This document shows, piece by piece, positions 41,157 to 50,077 of a DNA stretch of 62,619 bases. The position numbers and the translations under genes are program-made. The notes under the pieces are model-generated. The model was not told where the DNA came from. It did not search any database and was given only the letters and a program-made list of their open reading frames with translations. The first letter of the stretch is position 1, and the number at the start of each line of letters is the position of its first letter. The DNA is from Poseidonia sp. (lineage in GTDB: Archaea > Thermoplasmatota > Poseidoniia > Poseidoniales > Poseidoniaceae): contig JBMZJQ010000004.1 of NCBI GenBank assembly GCA_049617635.1, positions 1 through 62,619 of the forward strand, given 5' to 3'.

Positions 41157-43649
41157 TCATTCCTGAAGGCGACTGGCAAAGCCGATGGCAAACAGAAGAT
41201 GACCGATTCGAGTGTCACCAACCTCCAAAACGGCGGCATCGAATCGGGGCCAACGGTCAACTGGATGGACCATCCAGCCCCCATAAGGATGAACCTCCAA
41301 GGGAGGAGGAGGGAGCCCTTGCTCCATCGCATACACCGCCTCATAGGTGTCGTTGAGGTTGGTCACACCCGGACCATCCCCAAGCAATTTCACGCCAATC
41401 AGCATATCCGAAGTGAGGGAATGGCCAGGATGGGGGCGTTGGGCCCCGGGCAATCCAGTCACCCATCCAGCGGGAAGGGTTAGTTGGGCAAGCCAATTCA
41501 GTTCATGCTCCTTGAGCCACATTCTCCCTGAGGCGCTGTTCAGTTGTGTCGTCAACCAACCCTCGGCGTAACATGACCACCACTCAGCGGGCAATCGCTG
41601 CATGAACACCCGCTGCCGTTCTGAAAGCCAAGGCTCGTTGCTCCGCGCAACCTCAACCGCCTCAGCCCAATGGGACAGCAACGTGGACTTGGGTTGTTGC
41701 CGAGCAAAGGCCAACCACGATGACAATCGTGCCTCATCGTGAGCAGAACCGAGGGTCTGAGAAGAAAACATCTGTTCGAGGACGTGTTGTTCACAGATTG
41801 GCTGTTGAAACCAACGTTGCGTCGCCTGCTCGATCACGCTTGCATGTTCGGTAGCGACTGGATCGAGGCCACAAAGCAGCGCCGTGGCGCACCATGAACC
41901 AAGTTCTGGGTCGCTCAGACCGTTGACAAGGTCGAGCATCAACGAGGGCGTAGCGAGAAGATCGGTTCGTAACCGATGGAAGGCGTGCATAAGCCAATCC
42001 GGGTTGGCTTTGGCCATCGCTTGAACGAAATGCGATGGTGGTGTGCTGGCGACCTCCATCAGGTCGGTCCACCCCTTTGGCAAGCGGGAATGCAGGCGTA
42101 TCCAACGTGCAGGCCGTTGGTCCTGAGGGCTGGCAATCCACGAAGCCAACGCATCCTCCGCTTCCCAAGCATTGGCCGAGGGCTCATCTCCGACTGGAAA
42201 AAACCGCAACGCAGTGTTCATGCGGACGCCTTCAGGGCCGTCGGGACATGGACGTGAGTAGCCTTCGTTTCCCCGGAGGCGGTGACCTTCGAGCAACTCC
42301 ACGGCATTGGCGGGCACGCGGTCCAGCCGCTGTTGTTCGGCGAACATCGAACTGCTTGAGCCGAGACGCACAGGCAAGACGGTTGTTCGGCCGAGATGGA
42401 CGTGGATCGTGGCCACCTCCGGAGTGGGAGAAAAGCGATTGACGGACGTGAGGCGGTCATCGCCTCCTTTTCGCGTGATCCACACCTGGCACAACGGATG
42501 CTCGTCCATGTTGGTCTGCATCCGAAAGGCAGCGTCTTCGAACGGCCAATCAACCGAAAACGGGAGCGTTGTGGACTCGACCAGATGGGTGAGCACGGCC
42601 TCAAGCCCTCGATGCGACATGCCATAGATGTCAATGAGGCCGACTTTCCAATCCTCTTCGCTCCATTCAACTTCGCCAAAATCGGTCGCCAGTTCCCTCC
42701 GAAGGGACGGAGCGATGGATGTTGACGTCTGTTGGAGAGAAGTGACCAAGTCTTGGTGAGCAAGGTGAATTTTTTCCTCTGACATCCGAGAGTGCTTCAT
42801 TGCAAGCCATGCCCGAAGAACACCCACCGGTAATGTCCGTCGACGCAGGCCCTCTCTGTCGGAGAAATGGACGGCATGTTGACTCAATGCATCCAATAAC
42901 AATGCTCTGTCGACGGATGAAGGCAGGTGAGCGACCATTCCTCGTGGAGGGAAATAGGCGTGGTCAGTGCCAACAACGGTTCCAATGGGAACCTCACCTT
43001 CTCGAAGACGAAGCGGTGGCACTTCCATCTCGGAAAGCGTTGTGAAACGATGCCCTTCAATAAGCCCGCTATGGGCGGTTGATTCGAAGATTTCTCCACG
43101 AATCAAACCCACCTTTTGTGGGCGTTGGTGAAAATCCTGAAGCGTGACGCCTTGCGGTGCAGCCGGCGGTGTTGTGGCAGAAAAATCGGTGAGGTCAATC
43201 CACACGGTCTGTTCGCTCTCCAAGAGAACCCAGACCCCCCCTGCATTTCCACTGGATGTAGGTTGACTTCCATCGGTCGTACTCGGGATGAAAATTAACG
43301 GAGATTCGGGAGATTCAACGTAACCAAGTAACACGTTGGTGGCATCGGCCTGCAGGACGCAATGTTCTCCTTGACGGTCAAAACGATCCGCATAGTGCCT
43401 CAATTTTGCGAGAGCGTCTTGATGCAACCGTTCAACACCGCGTTGGCTGAGGTACATTGGAGCGTTTCGCAACCCCCCTGTTTCGTCACGAACGATCAGC
43501 CCGTCAGCCCGTAATTGGCGACACGCAAGCGATGCGTGCGGCATCCGCATGTCAAATTGTTTGGCGATTTCAGAGACGGTTGCAGGTCCGTGCCGCAACC
43601 ATGTCAAGACCTGTCGATGGGCGCTTGAACGAATGCCTCTCGCTGACAT
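41157..43649 (-). CDS. 830-aa protein: N-terminal ArsR/MarR-like winged helix plus ~750 aa Trp-rich region of unknown function
   Basis: HRQVLTWLRHGPATVSEIAKQFDMRMPHASLACRQLRADGLIVRDE is a classic wHTH. No P-loop, nuclease or other motif is recognisable in the remainder. Confidence 0.75.
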   Translation of the reverse strand: MSARGIRSSAHRQVLTWLRHGPATVSEIAKQFDMRMPHASLACRQLRADGLIVRDETGGLRNAPMYLSQRGVERLHQDALAKLRHYADRFDRQGEHCVLQADATNVLLGYVESPESPLIFIPSTTDGSQPTSSGNAGGVWVLLESEQTVWIDLTDFSATTPPAAPQGVTLQDFHQRPQKVGLIRGEIFESTAHSGLIEGHRFTTLSEMEVPPLRLREGEVPIGTVVGTDHAYFPPRGMVAHLPSSVDRALLLDALSQHAVHFSDREGLRRRTLPVGVLRAWLAMKHSRMSEEKIHLAHQDLVTSLQQTSTSIAPSLRRELATDFGEVEWSEEDWKVGLIDIYGMSHRGLEAVLTHLVESTTLPFSVDWPFEDAAFRMQTNMDEHPLCQVWITRKGGDDRLTSVNRFSPTPEVATIHVHLGRTTVLPVRLGSSSSMFAEQQRLDRVPANAVELLEGHRLRGNEGYSRPCPDGPEGVRMNTALRFFPVGDEPSANAWEAEDALASWIASPQDQRPARWIRLHSRLPKGWTDLMEVASTPPSHFVQAMAKANPDWLMHAFHRLRTDLLATPSLMLDLVNGLSDPELGSWCATALLCGLDPVATEHASVIEQATQRWFQQPICEQHVLEQMFSSQTLGSAHDEARLSSWLAFARQQPKSTLLSHWAEAVEVARSNEPWLSERQRVFMQRLPAEWWSCYAEGWLTTQLNSASGRMWLKEHELNWLAQLTLPAGWVTGLPGAQRPHPGHSLTSDMLIGVKLLGDGPGVTNLNDTYEAVYAMEQGLPPPPLEVHPYGGWMVHPVDRWPRFDAAVLEVGDTRIGHLLFAIGFASRLQE

Positions 43650-43716
43650 CAGCAGTCACCTCATTCCGACTCAACCGACACCCCTTCTTAAATCCGCCAC
43701 ATAATATCATTAATTT

Positions 43717-43755
43717 GTTACATTAAGTTACAGATTTCCTGTGGAAACGTGGAAA
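43717..43755. promoter_or_regulatory. Direct repeats and an ORB-like dyad in an AT-rich divergent intergenic region
   Basis: GTTACA x2 at 43717-22 and 43727-32. Dyad TTTCC-TGT-GGAAA at 43735-43747. GTGGAAA x2 at 43741-47 and 43749-55. The surrounding ~130 bp is visibly AT-rich. Confidence 0.3.
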
Positions 43756-43922
43756 ATAACTTACTTCCCGGTGGCCAAGTGTATGATTAACACCTATATT
43801 TTGGCACCAACGGTAACCAAGTCGTTCAATTTGATGGGAACCATTATATCAGCAGCCTCGCTCCTTTGAAACAGCGGCAACATCCAATGGAGACCGCAAA
43901 ACAATGACAGGAGGGAACGAAG

Positions 43923-44246
43923 ATGAAAACAACAAGGATCCGTGAAAAAATCAAGAAATTCCTGGGCGACCGCCCACGAAACACCGCTGAAATCCTCGAG
44001 CACATCAACAGCACGATGCGCCACGGAACCACCAGCCAACAACTCGGCAACGTTCTCTCCAAAGACAAAGACATCGTCAAGGTCGGTTACATCAAGCGCT
44101 CTGGCATTCTCTCCGGCGGTTACGACATCTGCGAATGGGCCACTCGAGACTGGGTCTCTGAGCACTGCCCTGAGTGGGTGGAAGGCACCCCCATCATCGT
44201 TGACAGTGAAGGCAACTTCATGACGTCCTCAGACGAAAAACTCTGA
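43923..44246 (+). CDS. Small (107 aa) winged-helix DNA-binding protein
   Basis: GGAGG lies 8 nt upstream of the ATG. RIREKIKKFLGDRPRNTAEILEHINSTMRHGTTSQQLGNVLSKDKDIVKVG has a wHTH pattern. GC content is visibly lower than in the neighbours. Confidence 0.65.
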   Translation: MKTTRIREKIKKFLGDRPRNTAEILEHINSTMRHGTTSQQLGNVLSKDKDIVKVGYIKRSGILSGGYDICEWATRDWVSEHCPEWVEGTPIIVDSEGNFMTSSDEKL

Positions 44247-44356
44247 AACCGGTCAACGTCGTCTCGACAGCACCACTTCGCAGCTGAACGCGTTGTTCCC
44301 CGTAGCGCGAAACCATTGGCTGTTGAATTAAAATCGAAACAGAACCGAAATGGCGG

Positions 44357-45292
44357 TCACTGACCTTCGAAGATGGCCATGGCATCATCCACCGATGCAC
44401 CGTCACAAATGATGGCGTGACAGGCGGCGGTCATACGTACCGCTTCCTCGGTCGGCTTTTGGTGAATGTTTCGTCCCGTGGCAGCACCTCGGCAACCCGA
44501 GATGTTGATTTGATCGTGGAGACGCTGAAGGAACTCACGCGGTGGAAGCGAACCGCCACCCGAGCAAATGATGCCGGTACGGCCTGCTGCCTCAACGGCG
44601 ATTTGGAAGGATTCGGGTTGCGTCATGCCCTCCCACGCTTCAGGGTAGTTGACCTTAGCAAAGTCTGCACCCAAACAGCCAGCCACACCGGCCGCTCCAG
44701 CGATGAGTTGAGGATCTTTCTCGTTGGGCACGGCCTTTCCGCGAGGATACATCCACACAACAGAAATCATGCCCTGCTCGTGTGCTTGGCGGATAAACTG
44801 GGCAGCTTCGGTCAACATTTCATGCTCGTATTCGCTACCGATGTAAACAGTATAGCCAATTCCGACGACATTGATGCCGTTGTGAACCAGGGACATGACA
44901 TCGTCCATGTCCCAGAGCGCCTGAGACACAGGGTCTCGTTGACCCGTCTTCACCATGTGGGATTTCGAATTGAGTTTCACAAGGTAAGGAAGGTCTGGAT
45001 AGTCGCGGGCGTACATCGAAATGAGCCCGAGTTGACCAGCGAGGACCCCGAGCGTACCTTCCTGTTGGGTACGAGCACCGATTTCGAAGAGATGAGCAGG
45101 GTCGTTGGACGAGCGTGGAATGGTCTCCTCTCGGTCGTAAAAATCGTCGTTGAGGTGCTCAATTTTCTGATCGCATGCAAACAGGTTCATCGAGCCGGTT
45201 CCAGCCGTAGCGGCTCGCATGTTGTCGAGGTAGGTTTCTATCAATTCGTCAGGCACATCGGCAGGAACATGAAACTCGGTCATCCGTGACAC
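44357..45292 (-). CDS. Class I (DhnA/FbaB-type) fructose-bisphosphate aldolase family protein
   Basis: FACDQKIEH (compare the FbaB PVDQGVEH), YLVKLNSKSH, GYTVYIGSE, ADFAKVNYP and SGGG...GAATGRNIHQ. Confidence 0.75.
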   Translation of the reverse strand: MSRMTEFHVPADVPDELIETYLDNMRAATAGTGSMNLFACDQKIEHLNDDFYDREETIPRSSNDPAHLFEIGARTQQEGTLGVLAGQLGLISMYARDYPDLPYLVKLNSKSHMVKTGQRDPVSQALWDMDDVMSLVHNGINVVGIGYTVYIGSEYEHEMLTEAAQFIRQAHEQGMISVVWMYPRGKAVPNEKDPQLIAGAAGVAGCLGADFAKVNYPEAWEGMTQPESFQIAVEAAGRTGIICSGGGSLPPREFLQRLHDQINISGCRGAATGRNIHQKPTEEAVRMTAACHAIICDGASVDDAMAIFEGQ

Positions 45293-45303
45293 TCCTGTTC
45301 AAA

Positions 45304-46194
45304 TCACTCGCCGGTGAAGTTGGCCACACGCTTCTCAACGTAGGCGGCGATGCCTTCCTTGGCGTCGCTGCTGTTGAAGAGGGCGGCTTGCAACTCGCGC
45401 TCGAGGGCCAAGTGGTACTCGAAGGGAATCTCCGGACCGGTCTGGCAGGAACGCTTGATGTTACCAACGGCTTTGACGGCCTTGTTGGGCAGGGTGAATT
45501 GGCTGCACCAGTCAAGGATGTCTCGGCGGAATTCGGCAGGGTCGCCTTCCCAAATGTGGTTGATGAGGTTGCAGGCGTGAGCGTCCTCAAAGGACATCAG
45601 TTCGCCGGTGACCATCATCTCGAGGGCCTTGGCCTTGCCGATGAGGCGGGTGAGGCGAGCGGTACCGCCGGTTCCGGCGAGCACACCGAGGTTGATCTCA
45701 GGCAGGCCAACCTTCCCGGAGTTCTTGCGAGCGATGCGGATGTCGGCCGCCATGGCGATTTCAAGTCCACCGCCGACGGCGTGGCCGTTAATGGCACACA
45801 CGACGAGTTTGGCCGTCTGCTCGAGACGGGAAAGGGTCTCGTTCGCGTGAAGGCAGAAGTTGTACTTGAAGCCGGGCGTCACGCTGTTCAGCATCTGAAT
45901 GGAGGCTCCAGCTGAGAAGAAGGACGCACCGTTACCGGTGAGAACGATGCAGGTCACGCTGTCGTCAAAGCGAGCTCGGACGATGGCTTCGTCAATGTCT
46001 CGCATCATACCGTGGGTGTAGGTGTTGGGCGAGCGGTCGTTGGGACCGTCAAGGGGCGCGCCAGCCGAGTCGGAGGTCAATTCAATGACCGCGATGCCGT
46101 TCTCGGTCACACCGTAGTTCACCAATCGGTTGGGCATCGGCTCAAGTTTCAATCCATAGAGGTCGCTCATGCCCTTCCCCACAGGGGCCGGCAT
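45304..46194 (-). CDS. Enoyl-CoA hydratase/isomerase (crotonase) family protein
   Basis: GASFFSAGASI, NGHAVGGGLEIAMAADIRIA and LPEINLGVLAGTGGTARL. The start ATG overlaps the upstream stop (TAATG at 46192-46196). Confidence 0.85.
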   Translation of the reverse strand: MPAPVGKGMSDLYGLKLEPMPNRLVNYGVTENGIAVIELTSDSAGAPLDGPNDRSPNTYTHGMMRDIDEAIVRARFDDSVTCIVLTGNGASFFSAGASIQMLNSVTPGFKYNFCLHANETLSRLEQTAKLVVCAINGHAVGGGLEIAMAADIRIARKNSGKVGLPEINLGVLAGTGGTARLTRLIGKAKALEMMVTGELMSFEDAHACNLINHIWEGDPAEFRRDILDWCSQFTLPNKAVKAVGNIKRSCQTGPEIPFEYHLALERELQAALFNSSDAKEGIAAYVEKRVANFTGE

Positions 46195-47471
46195 TATGAA
46201 GAAATCGCTGAGGTTTCTTGCACATCGGTTTCGCCGTCTTCGTTGAAGGAGACATGCCCGCCGCCGCGGCGTGCAAGTTCCCAACGTGCTTTGACCTCAA
46301 GCGCGGCCTCGCTCTGTTCCCATTGGTCGCGGGCTTTTGCCTTGCGAAAGGGCAACCTTTGCGGCCGGGTTGGACCTGGGGTGCGCTCGAGCATGAACGG
46401 TGAAGTGAGGGCAAAGACAAGACGCTTGAAGAGGCTTGGACGGAACAATCGGCCAATCCAACGCAGGCCGTCTCCACTGCGACGTTGATCCTTCATCCAA
46501 CGAACGCACATCCGCTTGAACATCCGGTCGCCTACACGGTTCATCAACCAGCGATTCGCAACGCTGGTTCGGACGTAGGGAAGGAGATGACGACGGACTT
46601 GTTTGTCATACGATGCCCCTCCGAGCATCTCCTCTGCGGCCAAGACACCGGACCATACGGCCATGCGCATGCCAAAGCCCCACATGAAGTCCTGAAGACC
46701 GCCCGACTCACCGACGTAATGCTGGCCGGTTTGAGGAACGGTGTAGAAGCCGTTGAGGGTAAAGTCCCCCTTTCCGCCAACACGCTTGATGGGCTCCATG
46801 TCAATCTCGGGGTAAAGTCGCTGATAGCACGCGATGCTTTCGTTGAGAAAGCGCTCGCTCTTTTTCTGCTTCCGCCAGAGACACGTGCAGATGAGCCCCA
46901 CACCGTCGATGATGATCAGGTAACTGTAGGCACCAGGAGCGAGTTTGTCGTTGAGCTGAAAGGCGATGTGGTTGGGATGGGAGGTGCGGAATATCTCACC
47001 AAGGGCGAGAGCAGACGTGTCTTTGGGCCCACAAGCAACGATGTTGGCGTCCTTCTCGTCGATTCTTGACTTGTAGTGCAGCGTTGCACCGGCTTCGATG
47101 GCCATCCGTTTGAAGGCCTGGTCGATGGTGTGCTCGGAGGTTCCTCGCTCAACAATCCTGTAGGCCACGCCGTCGGTTTTTGCCTGCGTAATGACATCGT
47201 CAGGGTGAATCAAATCAACCACTGAAAACGAGGTGGATTTGAACGAGGTTGAATCAAAGCCCCACGCTTCCAATTGGTCAAAGAAATCCTCGTCCATGCT
47301 CCAGTTCTCAAGCGCCTGAAAATCACCGTCAAATCGAGCACCGGAGTCCTCACGAATGTCGTGCACATGGACCTCCCGGCCTGCTTTTGCCAACACGATG
47401 GCCGCCGCCAGCCCGGAAAGACCGGCACCCATCACGGTGATGGGTTGGGATGTTGACGGGGCATCGGCCAT
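46194..47471 (-). CDS. FAD-dependent oxidoreductase (geranylgeranyl-reductase/FixC-like)
   Basis: ITVMGAGLSGLAAAIVLAKAGREVHVHD is a GxGxxG Rossmann motif. The start is set at 47471 because the longer ORF would overlap moaE. Confidence 0.75.
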   Translation of the reverse strand: MADAPSTSQPITVMGAGLSGLAAAIVLAKAGREVHVHDIREDSGARFDGDFQALENWSMDEDFFDQLEAWGFDSTSFKSTSFSVVDLIHPDDVITQAKTDGVAYRIVERGTSEHTIDQAFKRMAIEAGATLHYKSRIDEKDANIVACGPKDTSALALGEIFRTSHPNHIAFQLNDKLAPGAYSYLIIIDGVGLICTCLWRKQKKSERFLNESIACYQRLYPEIDMEPIKRVGGKGDFTLNGFYTVPQTGQHYVGESGGLQDFMWGFGMRMAVWSGVLAAEEMLGGASYDKQVRRHLLPYVRTSVANRWLMNRVGDRMFKRMCVRWMKDQRRSGDGLRWIGRLFRPSLFKRLVFALTSPFMLERTPGPTRPQRLPFRKAKARDQWEQSEAALEVKARWELARRGGGHVSFNEDGETDVQETSAISS

Positions 47472-47498
47472 GCATGGCCATGGAGGCGTGAGGTTTGA

Positions 47499-47948
47499 AT
47501 GATGTGCTTCGGTCGTTCCATCATGGCGGGCGTGGTTGTGGTTGAGGAAGCGCCCTCTTCTCTGGACCCTGTCGAATTGTTGGCGCGTTTGCCCACCGAA
47601 GGTTGTGGCGCCATCGTCAGTTTTCTTGGCATCACCCGTGGCAAGGAGGGTGAAGCAACCGTGCTTCGGTTGGAATTTGACGCTTGGCAGGACAAACTCA
47701 AACCCGTCCTGTACGACCTGGCCCAGCAAGCCATCGATGCCTTTGGGGTCCACGCCGTTGCCATGGCGCATCGAACGGGGAGCGTGGGCCCTCAAGAGCC
47801 GATTGTCGCCATCCATGTCGGTAGCCCGCATCGCAAAGAGGCGTTCGTCGCCTGTGAGTGGTTGATTGATGAATTGAAGAAGCAAGCACCCATATGGAAG
47901 AAGGAGGTCACCACCGACGGGGAGACCTGGAAGGAGGGGTTGGGTTGA
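47499..47948 (+). CDS. moaE: Molybdopterin synthase catalytic subunit
   Basis: GAIVSFLGITRG, AMAHRTGSVGPQEPIVAIHVGSPHRKEAF and APIWKKE. The start may instead be at 47523. Confidence 0.85.
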   Translation: MMCFGRSIMAGVVVVEEAPSSLDPVELLARLPTEGCGAIVSFLGITRGKEGEATVLRLEFDAWQDKLKPVLYDLAQQAIDAFGVHAVAMAHRTGSVGPQEPIVAIHVGSPHRKEAFVACEWLIDELKKQAPIWKKEVTTDGETWKEGLG

Positions 47949-48397
47949 CGGACAAAGCCATTGAGGGCATCGTTGATGTCGGTACCAAACCGGTGGTGGA
48001 ACGGCGCGCCGTTGCCTCGGGTCGTCTCGCTCTCCAGCCAGCGACCAAGGACGCCATCGTTCAGGGAACGGTGAGCAAAGGCAACGTCATCGAAGCCTCC
48101 ACCGTTGCAGTTCTCCAAGCCGTCAAGGACACCCCGCGCATCATTCCTCACTGTCACCCTATCCCCTTGGAAGGCACCAAGGTTGAATGGTCGTGGGACG
48201 AGAACGATTTGTGCTGCACCGTCGAAGTCAACGCCCACTACAAAACCGGCATTGAGATGGAAGCCATGACCGGCGTTTGTGCGGGCTTGCTGTGTGCCTT
48301 TGATATGGTCAAGTCCTATGAGAAAGACGAGGAAGGACAGTACCCCCATGCCACCATTTCCAATGTTCATGTCGTCTCAAAATTCAAAGGCGACTGA
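47945..48397 (+). CDS. moaC: Cyclic pyranopterin monophosphate synthase
   Basis: VDVGTKPVVERRAVA, IIPHCHPIPL and KTGIEMEAMTGVCAGLLCAFDMVK. A TTG start overlaps the moaE stop (TTGA), with GGAGG 8 nt upstream. An in-frame ATG at 47894 is the alternative. Confidence 0.85.
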   Translation: MTDKAIEGIVDVGTKPVVERRAVASGRLALQPATKDAIVQGTVSKGNVIEASTVAVLQAVKDTPRIIPHCHPIPLEGTKVEWSWDENDLCCTVEVNAHYKTGIEMEAMTGVCAGLLCAFDMVKSYEKDEEGQYPHATISNVHVVSKFKGD

Positions 48398-48403
48398 ACC
48401 GCT

Positions 48404-49393
48404 TTGTTCATGGCGTCCCCGCGAGTCCACAAAGGCATGGGCATGACCACGGACCTCGCACACCATTTTCTGGAAGCCGTGGACCAAGCAGCCATCGCAA
48501 GTGCCGCATGGCGTGGCAAGGGCGACAAGAACGCCGCCGACGATGCCGCGGTTCAAGCCATGCGCCGAACATTCGACGCCGTGCCATTCGACGGCCGAGT
48601 AGCCATCGGAGAAGGTGAGCGAGACGAAGCGCCCATGCTCTACATCGGCGAAGAGCTCGGCTCGATGGTGGGGCATCCAGATGCTCCGCAAATCGACATC
48701 GCCGTGGATCCCCTCGAATGCACCAACAACTGTGCTGACAACACGCCCAATTCGATCGCTGTCCTCGCTGCAGCGCCGCGGGGAACCTTGCTCCACGCTC
48801 CGGATTGCTACATGGACAAACTTGCGGCTGGGTCGCTCCTCGCCGGCCATGTCTCGCTTGAAGGCGGCGTGGCTTACAACATCGAACAAGCCATGCATGT
48901 GCTCGATTGCGAAGCGGGCGATGTCAGGATTGTGGCCCTTGACAGGGACCGACACGAAGGTTTGTTCAAGGAAATTCGCAGCGCAGGTGCGCAATTGCAC
49001 CTTCTTGGCGACGGCGATGTTTCAGGCGCCATATGGGCGGCCAAGCCCGATGGCCCGTACGATATGCTGATGGGCATTGGGGCTGCTCCCGAGGGGGTGA
49101 TTTCGGCCACGGCTCTTCGAGGCCTTGGTGGTGTGTTTGAAGGGCGATTGGTGTTCCGTTCAAAGGAAGAGGAAGCGCGGGCTGAAGTCATGGTCAACGA
49201 CGACCTCACGCGGTTGTGGAAAGCGAACGACCTGTGCCAGAGCGAGGATGCCGTCTTCGCCGCCTCAGGAGTTTGTGACGGCTACCTCCCCGGTGTCGTC
49301 CTCGGTCATGCAACGACGACCACGTTCAACGAACTCATCGATGTTGCCAAAGGAACCGTGGTTCGCTCACAACAAGATCGACCGTTGGTGTAG
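48404..49393 (+). CDS. glpX: Class II fructose-1,6-bisphosphatase (GlpX type)
   Basis: AAIASAAWRGKGDKNAADDAAV, IGEGERDEAPML, VDPLECTN and GIGAAPEGV. Confidence 0.9.
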   Translation: MFMASPRVHKGMGMTTDLAHHFLEAVDQAAIASAAWRGKGDKNAADDAAVQAMRRTFDAVPFDGRVAIGEGERDEAPMLYIGEELGSMVGHPDAPQIDIAVDPLECTNNCADNTPNSIAVLAAAPRGTLLHAPDCYMDKLAAGSLLAGHVSLEGGVAYNIEQAMHVLDCEAGDVRIVALDRDRHEGLFKEIRSAGAQLHLLGDGDVSGAIWAAKPDGPYDMLMGIGAAPEGVISATALRGLGGVFEGRLVFRSKEEEARAEVMVNDDLTRLWKANDLCQSEDAVFAASGVCDGYLPGVVLGHATTTTFNELIDVAKGTVVRSQQDRPLV

Positions 49394-49404
49394 GCGAGGA
49401 TGGC

Positions 49405-50028
49405 ATGGCACAACAACTGCGCATCGATGTTCGCCTCCCTGAAGGCCACTGGGCGGGTGATGTCACACGCGCCCACCCCTCGGCCACGCTGCGCATCGAA
49501 CAACACATGCCGTTGAGCCGAGGAAAGGGGACGGCACGCTGTTGGAGCAGCGAGCAATTGGAGACCACCGTGGAAGGCCACGAAGGTATCGAAGAATGCA
49601 CTGGAATGGAGGAGGGGCGATTTAGCGTCACCATTTCCGCAGGGGGAGGTGGTTTCCTCCGGCCGCTTGTGGACCTTGGCGTTGTCCCTCGCACGCCGTT
49701 TGAAGTGCGAGACGGGTGGGTTGAATGGACCGTTGAGGGCACACGTGAGCAAATGAGGTCGTTGGTCGACCGCTTTCGCACCGATGAAATCCCACATCGC
49801 CTGTTGTCCACCAGAAGCACCACATCACGCCTGCTCACCCCGCGCCAACGAGAGGTCTTCGAGGTGGCTTCGCGAGAGGGGTACTGGGATGTCCCTCGAC
49901 GCATCAACCTCACCGAATTGGCAGGCTTGCTGAAGGTTGCAAAATCCACCCTTTCCGATCAACTCCAACGCATCGAATCGGCTGTGTTTCATGCCTTCAC
50001 AGACGAAATTCGTCGCCAAAGCCCCTAA
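49405..50028 (+). CDS. HTH_10 (Bat-type) archaeal transcriptional regulator
   Basis: C-terminal LTPRQREVFEVASREGYWDVPRRINLTELAGLLKVAKSTLSDQLQRIESAV. Confidence 0.8.
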   Translation: MAQQLRIDVRLPEGHWAGDVTRAHPSATLRIEQHMPLSRGKGTARCWSSEQLETTVEGHEGIEECTGMEEGRFSVTISAGGGGFLRPLVDLGVVPRTPFEVRDGWVEWTVEGTREQMRSLVDRFRTDEIPHRLLSTRSTTSRLLTPRQREVFEVASREGYWDVPRRINLTELAGLLKVAKSTLSDQLQRIESAVFHAFTDEIRRQSP

Positions 50029-50050
50029 CATGTTCGCCCGAACATGTTCG
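50027..50050. promoter_or_regulatory. Two tandem palindromic sites (candidate operator) between the HTH_10 gene and the BoxB-like gene
   Basis: AACATGTTCG occurs at 50027-50036 and 50041-50050. The second copy is part of the perfect 12-bp palindrome CGAACATGTTCG (50039-50050). It is followed by GTATAAGGAGG and the GTG start at 50078. Confidence 0.4.
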
Positions 50051-50077
50051 TAAAGGGTATAAGGAGGACCCCGCCTT

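Noticed and set aside
47472-47885. 138-codon N-terminal extension of the FAD-oxidoreductase ORF (46194-47885).
   Set aside because: The extension overlaps moaE on the opposite strand and precedes the Rossmann GxGxxG, which normally sits at the extreme N-terminus. The internal ATG at 47471 fits.
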